Assembly (NCBI GenBank): GCA_022813965.1 | Contig: JALDZS010000028.1 | Span: forward strand, 62,001-126,000 | Source: Toensbergia leucococca | Taxonomy: Eukaryota | Reading direction: 5' to 3' | Length of the DNA: 64,000 nt | Shown here: one piece after another, positions 52,662 to 64,000 of the stretch | How positions within the stretch are numbered: position 1 is the first letter of the stretch | Layout of the letters: every line of letters begins with the position of its first letter | Program-made: the position numbers and the translations under genes | Notes under the pieces: model-generated | Databases searched by the model: none | What the model was told of the DNA's origin: nothing | The model's input: the letters and a program-made list of their open reading frames with translations, nothing else

Positions 52662-55600
52662 CGATAAAATCTCAAAACTCCTAATCTTTATAAGTGAAGT
52701 AAGCAATTGAGTGGGATTGGTGCATCGATCAGTGTGATTTCCAAGTGAGACTTAATGCGAAGAATGTATGCAAGGTAGTGTGAAACTCACTAGTACTTGG
52801 TAAGCTCTGAGTGGAGATTTGTCCGAATCAGAAATTGTGCTTTGTGGGATTGTGAGAAATGTCACAAAATTAGGCTCTTGTCGGCTGAAGAGCTGCCGCT
52901 GGACTGAACAACTGGAAATGACTGGTGGCAGACGATGAGGTGAACAAGGTGATTTTAAGAGTGTATGCACCCAGAGTAGAGACGACTACTACGGCTTAGC
53001 ATATCATGGCAAAGAGTAATAGCAACAAACACAGGTCTGAATCATGCTGGGACAAAGACGCTGAATCCTAGTATGTGAGGAATAAAAATGACTCAAGCTC
53101 AGTGAGCCTCACAAGACCTCGCGGTAAGAGGCTGCAACAACATATGATGGTGGAAATGAGTACTTCGAGTCACTGGGAAGGTAGAAGGTGCTGAAATGTC
53201 AGGAAGAAATGTTTGACGAGAAACGAAAAGACTCACATGAGTGAGGAAATCTAGGTGGATGAGAAGATGTGAGCTCCAGAAGTGAAAGAGCAGAAATGTG
53301 AGAAGAAGATGAACTTGCGGAAGTGAGAAGGTGTAGGTGAGAATGAAGGAATCCAAGACATAAGAACGAGATGATTCATACAGCAAAGACAGAGAGGCTG
53401 TATGGGAACGTAAGATGTGAAAGCGAAGAACTCACTCCAGTAAAGACATTTAGGTGTAGTCAATGAAACAGAGTCTGAAACCTGATGATCCGACTCACAA
53501 GACAGGAAGAAGTACGAAGCAATGTGCTGTACTTACGTAGACGTGTAGGGAGACGTATTGGTCGAACGAAATCTGACTTGAAAGAAAGGACGGATGGTAT
53601 CGCAGGTGTGAAGGTTGTGGTAATCAGGAAGCTCGAAAATATGCTCAAGAGAAGTAGTGGGTATCTAAGCACACCCTACTCAACGAGTTGTGAACAAAGC
53701 TAGCGGTGTTCAGATACTGATAGATGGCTAAAGAGAAACATTTTCATGAATCACCGAAAAGCACATATGATGCTTTGGAGGGCGAGATTTCATTGGTTCT
53801 TGGATTGCGTGTCGATGGATGGAGAACTGGCAGCGATGAGTCTTTCTGAACAGACAAATAAATTTAGGCCGGTTTACGCTGTCAAGTCTGGGGTATACCA
53901 ACTCAGCTCAGGCACAGGATTTTCCAACCTGAAAAGACGAGAGGACGACCTGTATGTCGAGATGAGAGAATCGGAGAGACAGTCTTTCGGTGAAGATTCC
54001 TTGCTGATTACTTCTTCATAATAGAAAGGCTCAAATTCAGCTCTAGCACACGTTGTGAGATAAGGTAGTGAATTTCAACAACGCTGTTACGCTGGAATGT
54101 TCCGGTATGATTTGAGTAGACCTGGCATCAAAGAGAATGTGGTCGACCTGAGTTCCGGACCGTGGTAAATCATTTGCGCTGACAGCCTGAAAAGTCTGAT
54201 AGATAGTGGTGACCAGAAATTAGAGAAGACGACTTCTAGAAAATGGGGCTTTGAGGGCTTTGAGTAGTAAAAGCCTCTTTATCAGTCAGTATCGAAGGAG
54301 AAAGTCGAACCAGCGCGAAGCCTACATACCAGTACCATGCTCTCGGTCTCAGCTTGTCAAGACCGAATAGACTAGATTGGCTCCTCGATTCCAACCGTAC
54401 AATACGAGACTAACATGAGGATAAAACCACATCTTTCCACTGCGAGTTCTCTCCACTTCGGAGACTTAGAGCCCAGCTATATTCACTTGAGACCCCAGGC
54501 CCAAAGGTTACTCCCAGCCCAAGCCAATCTTCTCTTCCCTTGCCGAAACCATGGAGACCATCTTATTGCTCAAAGCCACATGAAGTGCAGCAGAAATAAA
54601 AGACCAGGAATTCTGATAACGGAGAAAGCTTGATTGAATCACGGTCATTCTTTTGCTTCACAATTCTGTTTGGACGCGTATTTGGAGCTAAAAGAACAGT
54701 AACCTTGTCTCATGCACAGCACTTGCCCTTTGACTGTGCTATACACTACCTGGGTGTGAGGAAAGAGGCCTTGTGGACGACTTCATCTTTTTCGACGAAA
54801 CATTGGCCGAGCTCTCAGTCTATATGCCAATCCGAGTGCTGGCGGTGTATCAGGTAGCGTTGAGGTTTGAGGAGTGAGTCTGTCCGAGGACGATGAGAGT
54901 GCATGTAGAGAGATAGAGCTAGGCTCGCTTATGGGAAACAACTTTTTTGCGAGGCAATGCGGCAGATAGGGAGATGCGGCACTAATCAGATCTAGTACCT
55001 TAAATCAGTCATTGTTGTCTGGTATGTAGAGTGAAATTGTTATGGAGGGGTGGTGTTGTTATCTAATACCGAGTCTACTACGGATACCTATTACATGTTG
55101 TAAGCGGAACGGGATAACTATGATCCAGGCAGCCTAGTCCTGATCCAGGCAATCTTGTGCCCTGATTTTAACAGTCATCAGATTTGTGCGATGACAAAGC
55201 TCCAAATCTGGTTTGCGCCGCCGCTCGCGCAGATGCTTTTCTAGCACGGGCAATGTGGCTTGAATCAACACCACAAGGCGTGCTGTTGTGGAGTGGAGCA
55301 CTACGGTTTTTGACTGACATTTGATCTTCGGTCCAGAATTACCGCTTCCTTCCTAGTAGGAGCCATTTTCATCGATCAAACTACCAATATCATCGATTGA
55401 CTAACTAGAGGCACTCTGTATCTCACCTCGGAGTACCTTATCCTGACCTCCGATCCCTGGCTGAGTACCCAGGGAAGAGATACCGACGTATAAAAAACAT
55501 GAGTACACCGGCCAGAGGAATTGCAGAGACTATGGAATTCGTGAGACCCAAGATCCACATAGGAAACTTTCAGAATTGTGACGCCAAACATTACAAATAG

Positions 55601-55995
55601 AGCCACCGAAAACAAATAGACCACTGACCCAGCGTGCACTCCCCGAGAAGGAAAGAGAAAAGAATTGTTGTACATTAAAAAAGATCATCAAACACCTGCA
55701 AAATCGAATCCCTGGCTATGAATTTCAAAGTTTATTTCCGGCTGAGTTCCTCGAGAAGCCACCGTAAAACGCCAGAATGGTACAGTCTCAAGTTATGAAA
55801 GCTTGCAAAGTTATGGGTATCAAAAGGGGGCGTTCTCTTGGTAAGGGGGGTTTCGGCTGTAGAAAATGTAAAATATGGAAGAACCTTCTGCAAGATTGAC
55901 TGTCACGTCATGAACGGCGGGTTCCGCTCCTGTGTTGATTCGCCTTCGGATGAGATCGTCACTTACGTATCGGAAAATTCAAAAAATGCAGTGCC

Positions 55996-57984
55996 TTAGT
56001 AATTGGAAGGATAGAACCTGGTGGGTATGTAAGTAATTGTGCTGTGAGCATGGACAAAAAAGAGCAACCAACCAAGCTGCAATTGCGATGATCATGTACA
56101 GTATCTGTAACAAGATTCCTTCGAGCCAATGTGACTTCCCGTCTTGTATCAGGTAATTGACGAGTAACACCGACACAAAGAGTATTGCAATCTGAAAGCC
56201 GTCGAATTGCAATGTCATCATGTCATTGCCCATAATCCAACCCAGGATGACGACGAATGGAATGACGAGCAGCGCAACTTGCATGCTGGATCCCACGGCA
56301 ACTCCGATAGCCAAGTCCATCTTGTCCTTGCAAGCAACGGTAACTGCCGTCGCATGCTCCGCTGCATTGCCGACTATAGGAAGGAGGATGAGTCCCACAA
56401 ATGTTTTGGAGATTCCACCTTCATCGGTGAGGTAATTAATGCTATCCACCATGTACTCTGCACAAAGTGCGATGATAGCCGTGGAAATGCCGAGGGTGAA
56501 TATGGCAACCCAGAGACTGAGCTGCGGTTGTGGTTTATCTTCTGGCTCTAACATCGGCGTTTCCTGAGCATTCTGACCCCCCATTGATGCCGAAATACCA
56601 GCACCAATCTGCGCCATGCCTTTAGTTGCATCACCTCCTTCAACCTTAGTACGTCTTTTTTCGACCTTTGGGCTTGGCTCGTTATACATTGATGCATGAG
56701 TTTTCAGCTGGAAGAAGAGGTAGCATCCATAAACGAACAGAAGAAGCACTGACGTTCCACGAGAGAGCTCGGTTATGCTTGTTTGGTTGTTATTTGCTAT
56801 TGTTCACAAGGCGAGTCAGCGACAACGACCAAGGTTTCCACTCCATCATAACTTACCACTTGAGAATGCTACATAGGCCCCTGGTATAATCAAACTAGCC
56901 ACGGCGAGAGCCAGCAAGCTCGATGCCGTTTGTGCCACAGTGACGTTGAAATGCTGTTCCACGCGGTTGATTCCGCCAAAGAAAAAGCACATGCCCATGA
57001 CCAACAGCAGATTCGAGAGCATGCTTCCGATCAACGATGTCTGAACAATCAAAATCTGGTTCTGTGCCAGAGCTATAATAGAGACGATGAGCTCGACCGC
57101 GTTACCGAAGGTTGCATTGAGTAGGCCTCCAATAGTATCGCCGACCCGGTAAGCAATCTCTTCTGTCTGTAGAAACTTCCTATTAAATTTTGGTCCTGAA
57201 TATTTGAAGGAAAGCATATCTTACCGCATAAGAAAGCATAGCTGCCAGGGGAATGATAGCGATAAAGTTAATCACAAAGACAGCAATTGGGTTGATATGA
57301 GCGTACTGCGTTCAATTAGTAGTTGCGACGAAAACACCGATAGACATACTACTCACATATACCGCAATGCCGACGGGAGCCATGATCAATAACACGTTAA
57401 TATAGCTGTTGAAAATGGTTGCCTTGAGTTGCCCAACGAAAGTGAATTGGTGAGGTACTGTCTTTTTTGAATCCATTGTGGTCGTTCGTTGCATCTCCTC
57501 GTCTCTTTGCTTTTTCTTGCTAAAAAACTTCATGAATCCAGGTTTGCGCCTTCGGGGCTGATTTATGCTAGGTTCTTCGGCGACAACTGTATCATCCGTG
57601 GCGGGTTCGGAGTCCTGACTTTCTTTGATGGGTTCAGAGCTTAGATTCGTATCGCCAATATTTGACGAAGATGTTCCCATTCCTGCATAAGCATGTGGCA
57701 TACTGCTTGACTTTATTGGGCCTTGATATGATTCCTGATTGATAGTCCTTCGGTTCAACTCCATGGATGGTGTGATGTGAGTCTCAGAGCGCACGCGCAA
57801 TCCACTCTCTTCTCCATTCCCACCCTCAGTGTGAATGCCGTCGTGAATCCTCGAATGGATCTTTCGGAAAGGGTTCATGTTATCATCGTTCCAGGCTGAA
57901 TGTCTTGCGGCACTTCTGTACCGATCTAATGTCCATGGTAAGCACTTGGGTAAACGAGGAGTGTGAGCGTGTAGACTCACGCAT
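55996..57984 (-). CDS. VCX1: Vacuolar Ca2+/H+ antiporter (CAX family)
   Basis: [36 protein letters not shown] and [11 protein letters not shown]. Last exon gives WFYPSNY*. Start MH|RYR is inferred from splice signals. Confidence 0.93.
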
Positions 57985-58847
57985 TTTGGACGATGGGCGA
58001 CCACAGTGTAACTTATAGCAGTAATAGAGGAGGTATGTCTACTGTTGGATTATCAGCAATTAAGGAATAAGAGTGGAATTGGCTTGATAAACTTACTTAC
58101 GTCGCATTGATACAGCCTATGGGCCTAAGGGAGATTGAAGTAAGGTTGATTTTGGTTGGTGTGAAGTGCAGCCTTGTTACCAGTATTGTGATTTATGGTC
58201 GGTAGTGTTATGTAGTTGACGTGGTTATGTTGATTTTTGCTCGCGGCGTTTACCGCATTCCACCCGACTCAGCCTCAGCCTGACGCAGCCACCTCACAAT
58301 GACGGGACAGCAGATGACTGTGGCGCACAAAGGCAAAAGGTCTCTGAGTCTCCGAGGTCCAGTGATGTATTCGATTAATCGCAAAGGTGATCAAGATTTA
58401 GAATGGGTAAGTGAAAAGGTAGGTAGTTAATGTGTGTTGCGGCAAGGGAGAATTGAAGGGGGAAACATGCAGTGGCATCACCACGTCGCCCAGGGGCAAT
58501 ACCGTGTTGGTGAAGCCGGTTTAAGGCATCTTCCATCCACTAAGAAAATTGGCGCTGTCATGGCTCTCTTGGCGATGATTCCATGTCTGGTCTGATGCCA
58601 CGACAGTCTCAAAAGGTCGCTTACCAACATGATCATCCTCTCATCACCACTTTAATTTCATAAACTGAGACGTCATGATTATCCATTGTTATTAAATATC
58701 AAAGTTGCTTGCCTCCAAGTGTTTGAAAGTCCTTGTCTGCCTGAAAACCGCCGGGTTCTTTGGGGGCACAAAGGTTTACTAAATATTCTACTTGAATTTG
58801 TCACTGATACTGAGGTGTTCTTATGCTTACTAGAAATTATTAGTTCG

Positions 58848-59090
58848 AGAGTAATGATACACCGATACCCCCTTTTGATTTCTATGATTGCGCCGGGTGC
58901 GGGTGGGGGATCAGGAGTAGAGAACATGGTGTGAAGTCAACATGACTTTCTATTTAGGTGATAATGCTTCTGAAGTGCGCGCAACTGAGGAGGTAAATAG
59001 TATGCAATAGAGGTGAAGGATTCAAATTGTTATGTGTTGCAAAATCATAAAGGTACTGATACGGTTATTGATACATGGACGCACCCCTTA
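58848..59090. mobile_element. Fragments of the same MITE TIR family
   Basis: GTAATGATACACCGATACCCCCTTTTGAT at about 58851-58879 and TA-CGGTTATTGATACATGGACGCACCCCTT at about 59060-59089 resemble the 47172 TIR. Confidence 0.55.
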
Positions 59091-59569
59091 TTCTATGGTA
59101 ATATGCCAAAGAGGTAGAATAGGGGGAGTGGGCGGTGTCCTTACCCTCAGACTAATGATAGAATACTGGTATACCTGAAAACACGTCAGTATCAGTGATA
59201 AATTTCAGTAAAATATATCGGAAATTTGTATGTCTCTAACGACGTAGGGACCTAGCAAACTACGCGGCGTTGATGTACCAAGGATCCACAAATCCTCTAC
59301 ACGAGTACGAGGATACAGCTGCAGTAGCTAGAATACGCTCCCACCGCTGACCTGGCTGAGATTAAGCAGGAAGGGTTTGATTCCCTGTGTGTGGCTGCCT
59401 TGGGCTGATGGATTCATCCTTCTTCGGTGCTCTGCGAGCCTGCTTACCTATTTAGCTAGCCATGAGAACACACCAATCATTCATGAATAACCATTGTCCA
59501 ACCGCAGTCATGGGTCTACGATCATCTTAAAGCTTCCCTGTTGACTAGGTCCACATCAATGCTTGTCCC

Positions 59570-62500
59570 ATGGGCTCTTCTCGTGGGCCTTTTCGAGCCT
59601 CTCACCTCCGTCACGTGAGTACCGGTAGCCTGGCCATCGTTGACGAAGATGAGTATTTGCAAAGCCCAAAGGCTACTGAGGAACTCCCCGAGTCGTCCTT
59701 CCCAGAGAGAGCCCAGTGCTCTTTATGGGTCCATGACGACAACTTCTCCCAAGATGAAGTATTACTAAATCCGACCTTGTTCTCTTCCAGGAGCATCAAA
59801 GCCGGAGATCTGATGCAGGTTATAGCTTTGGACCAATCTCAACAAGACAATTCCAGGCCACAAGGACCTAGCCTTCAGCAAGAAAACAGACGCCGGAACG
59901 GAAAGGGCCATGAACCTCTCTCGTCGGCTGAACCCAACCCCAGAGCCTTAGACTCGAAGAAGCGTTACATCTTTGTTTACAAGGAGATGGACCCAGAGAT
60001 GGGCTCGAAACAGCCGAATATACAAGTCAGTTGCTCATACCGCGAACATATGTGTCACAAGCTTATACTCGAGTTATGTGTAGGTTTCCGTATCATCACA
60101 GATTGCATCAGCTTTTGGCTTCAAAAATCGATGTCAAGTTGTAGTGTCTCCTGTAGGTAACAGGGAGGTTGTACCCACTAGTTTAGTAAATTGTAGAAGC
60201 TGATGAAGCAATTTCTCTCAGGCTGATGAGACAATCGACTGTGCATCTCACATCGAGCTGGCCTTTCGAGATGAGTATCTTGCTCGTGCCGACATGTGGC
60301 GTCTGACCATCTCTGAACTTGTCAATAAGTTCATCTACAGAGGTCAAAGGCTGTTGTTTCTGGGAACGATCAAGGCTTCGGTAAAAAATATATATGTACG
60401 GGGCCAAAGAGTTCAATCTGGCTTCTTCAATGCCTCTACAAAACCTATTTTCCGTTCCGAGTCGGCGAGATTCATCTTGTATGTGCAAATGTCCAGAGAA
60501 ATGTGGGACTTTGACGCCGAATCCTCTGGAGAGATCATGTTCAGTAAAGTCATTAATGGTTTCCTTCCTGAGCTTTTCAAAAGATGGCAGCAAATCAGCG
60601 CACGTCATCTGGTGACTATTGTTCTTTTTACAAGGGTTGAATATGAGCGAGGAGTCACTGCGGGCTTTGTACATCCTCAGACGGATAACAATGATCCAAG
60701 TATCCAGACCACATCTGACAATACCCTCTGCAAAGACTTCTTCCGGGTCGTTGTTAGTGATACAGCTAGTGGAGAGTGGGCGGCCATCTTGTTACGGCTG
60801 AAGAAAGAATTCAAGGTCTTCCTCAGAGATATATTGATCCGGAAGTCCAGCTCAGCAGACTATGCGGGGTTTGGATCAGGATCGATCAGCAACCCTTCCC
60901 ATACTATTGCTGGACGTCCTACCGCGGCGATCCGAGGGAACATACTCGAAGCGATAAACCTAGCATCTTCGCAATTCTCCAGTGACTACATTGATCGCGA
61001 TCTAGTAAGGACTGGAATATCTATTGTTGTCATCACCCCTGGTACGGGTTTGTTCGAGGTGGACTATGATATGCTTACCACGACTACTGACAAATTGATC
61101 GAAAACGGAATTTGGATTGACTTGATATCACTCTCCAGGATGCCCCTCCACTCAATACCATTGTTCAAATACAAAATGCCCCAACCACGGTCTTTACCGA
61201 ACAATAGGCCTACATATGGTATTCCTGATTCACGGCTCAAAGATGAAATAGCCAGTAGTAATGACACCTGGTTCGGCTATAGACCAGCTTCTGATATTTC
61301 TGTATCTCACCACAGTCATCAATCTGGAGCCAGCCATCGAAGACTCTCCAATTCAGACCTTTGGAATTACGGGATTCCGCACTGGATTGACGTTTCTTTT
61401 TGGACATCACCGTCTACTGATGATACTCTTCAGGTTGTGACTGTTGGGAACCCTATCATGAAGTCAAGTACCACTCAGTCGAAGCGAAAGTCGTTTGTGC
61501 CTAGGGCCCGGATGTATGAGTTACAAATGATGGGTGTTATGGAAAACGCGATGAATGCCATCTCAATCCCATATCTACCACATGCCTCTAATTACCCACA
61601 AGATATTCTTCGAGCACCTTCAAGGAAATCGAAAGCGGAAGCTTTATCTCCACCATCCATCTTGACTTACAATTCAGAGAATATTCGGCTGGACGTCGAA
61701 GAGTTAAATCGCAGCAGGCTAGTACGATCCGTATCGGACATCTCTTCTCATGATGATGTTTCCAAACATAGCAAAATTGACACAGAGTGGATGGATCGTT
61801 ATGATGATTTGGTATTTCGAGATCCGCTCCAAAACCTCGCGGCCACGAAGCCAACAAGAGGGAGTGCATCTCTCCACAAGCCATCTACAAACCAACTATA
61901 TCGAGATATCAATTCCCCTCTTCTTGGGTCTTCCCCAAGTACCCGGGATTTTTCATCTAGCAGCAGACGTGAATCACATGGAAAGTCATACCTGGAGCGT
62001 GGGATGGATGGTATGAAACAAACCCAGGGTAGAAACAGCAGGAAAGTCAGTATTGCTAGTTCCACATCGATCGATCAGGCTCCTCCCACCAAGCCAACAA
62101 GGCTTTCACGCCAAATCAGTTTCGGTCTCCGGGGTTTCAATGTTGCAGCCCCGAAAGCCACGGCGAGTACCGAGCTATCGTCCGAGTATGCAAAGTCAGC
62201 ATCTCCTTTGACTCGTGGGCCACGATCACAACCATCTGTAAAGGCCCATGATGGTGTCCAAACCACCCAATCCGAAACAATCGCTACTTTAACCTTAGCA
62301 AGTCCGAAACTTTCACAGGATGATACCAAACATCTCGAGGCGATAAGTCCCTCGTATCTTGAGCAACGCCGACCTTCTAGGCCGATAAACATTAGAAACA
62401 TTACTCCCTCTAGCAAGAATGAGCAGCTTGAGACTCTGGGAAGCGATAGAGATTTTGAACCAAGCCAAAGTCTCGACAAACTTTTGGATCCCTCTCCACC

Positions 62501-64000
62501 AAAACATCTGAGTTCGGAGCTAGAACATTCCAGTGGAGTCGATGTACAACAACCCCCGACTGTACTATCACCTAGTAGTGCTATGAATCCTTGGTTAACT
62601 GTTCTAAATCCATCAAATCCTCACAAAACAGATGAAGACCTTACTCATCGACTAGGTAGATGGCAGCATATTTTCCCTCGACCCTTGCGTGCTTCATCGA
62701 TTAAGTGGAAATCATTATGCAGTCCGGCAGCAGTGCCTCTTACGACCGAAGAATTTCCTACGTTTGAGCAACTTCGAACAGAGTATCAAGAGAGCCTGTA
62801 CCGCGTCTGGTTTTCCAGCGACAGTAACGTATCAGAGAATCCTAAAACTCGAGATTGGCTCGTGAGAGAAATAATAGGCTTCAGACTATCTCACGGTTTC
62901 CAAATCGTTGTAGGCACGAGGCTCGGTAGAGCTGTGGGAGAGCTTGACTTGAAGCAAATGCAAGTGTTTGATGGAAAGAGCGTGTTTGAAGATGGTACTG
63001 TGATTTTCATGTCTAGAGGAAGCGCGATTCATAGACTATCGTGCGTTGACACCAACGGTGTAGAGATCAAACGCTTGATACGTCGTCCTATAGCAAGAGT
63101 ACTGCCGGACGCTGGTGACGAAACATTTGTTATTTATAAGCCTGCAATTCGGACTCAGCTCGGCGAAAGCTACGAGCACCGGGAAATTGTTATTTCTTCT
63201 CCTCGACGCGAAGAACTGAATTGGAACTCAATTGACAACTTTCTTGCTGGCCACGAGCAGCAGCAATTTGATCGACTCCCAGAGACCCTTCGTTTTTGGC
63301 GTGCCCGATTTGTACTTGTACCCGTGGACCCGCCATCGAGCACGCGACGTCCGCTACATTCACTCAACGAAGACAACGAAGAGGAGATTCGATTGGAAGG
63401 GCTCCGGAAATTGACGCAGATGTGGCAGCGGTTCCGACACGTTCTTCCAGACGATCGCCGCTTTCAAGCTTCTGTAAGAAAACCCAAGGATACCAACCCG
63501 TTGGACATCGAGTATCACACGAGCGATCCCTCGAAAATTGTAGCAGCTAAGATGGACAGCACTCTATCGTCGGACAATGAACTGATTGGAAGACCAGTGC
63601 AATTACTTCCAGAGACTGAGCTATTCCAACGATCTGCCTTGAACCTTTCGTCACTAGCTCAGACCATTCAGAGTGATAAAGGTATAAGAATGATGGACAG
63701 AAGATGGCATCTGAGGCTACATTACAATTGCTTCATCGGCTTTGAGTTTACTAGCTGGTGCCTAGAAAACTTCAAAGATATCGACAAGCGTGAAGAGGCT
63801 GTTGAGCTGGGCAATGAGCTCATGAAAGGTGGCCTGTTCGAGCATGTTGAGCAGCGGCACAATTTCCGAGACGGTAATTTCTTCTATCAGATTGCGAGCC
63901 AGTACCGCACCCCTAGGCCAGAGTCAAGGAGCAGCTGGTTTGGGGCTCGCAAACCCGACAAATCTGTGCCTTCAACTCCGATTGTTGAGGGCATCAACAA
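59570..64000 (+). CDS. IML1: Iml1/Sea1/DEPDC5 (SEACIT/GATOR1 subunit), runs off the window end
   Basis: LWVHD, ELAFRDEYLARADMW, FRSESARFILYVQMSREMWDFD, GNILEAINLA, DRDLVRTG, RWQHIFPR, KWKSLCSPAAVPLTT and DEP-domain DRRWHLRLHYNCFIG..HNFRDGNFFY. Confidence 0.95.

Overview
Intron-rich filamentous ascomycete DNA (Pezizomycotina-type GT-AG introns with CTRAC/CTAAY branch sites and a dispersed 5S rRNA gene). The core genes are FAL1/eIF4A-III, PRP9/SF3A3, a DUG3-like class II glutamine amidotransferase, an OSCA/TMEM63 channel, LST4/FNIP, MCM6, a SNF2-RING helicase, VCX1 and a partial IML1/DEPDC5. Accessory material lies between them: a tandem BTB pair (one copy with two in-frame stops), an F-box gene, two paralogous Cys-rich secreted proteins, a methyltransferase bracketed by related MITEs, and a RIP-like relic. 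The most notable locus is at 30.2-34.6 kb. There an apparently active kinase-ankyrin gene, ending in a Pbp1/ataxin-2-like motif, sits head-to-head with a HeLo-like-pseudokinase gene, an arrangement that recalls RIPK/MLKL necroptosis. Also notable are an Acm1-like ABBA-KEN-D-box protein and an unannotated hairpin RNA candidate with a T-run terminator. All family calls come from recognising motifs by eye, with no database search, and exon boundaries were read manually.
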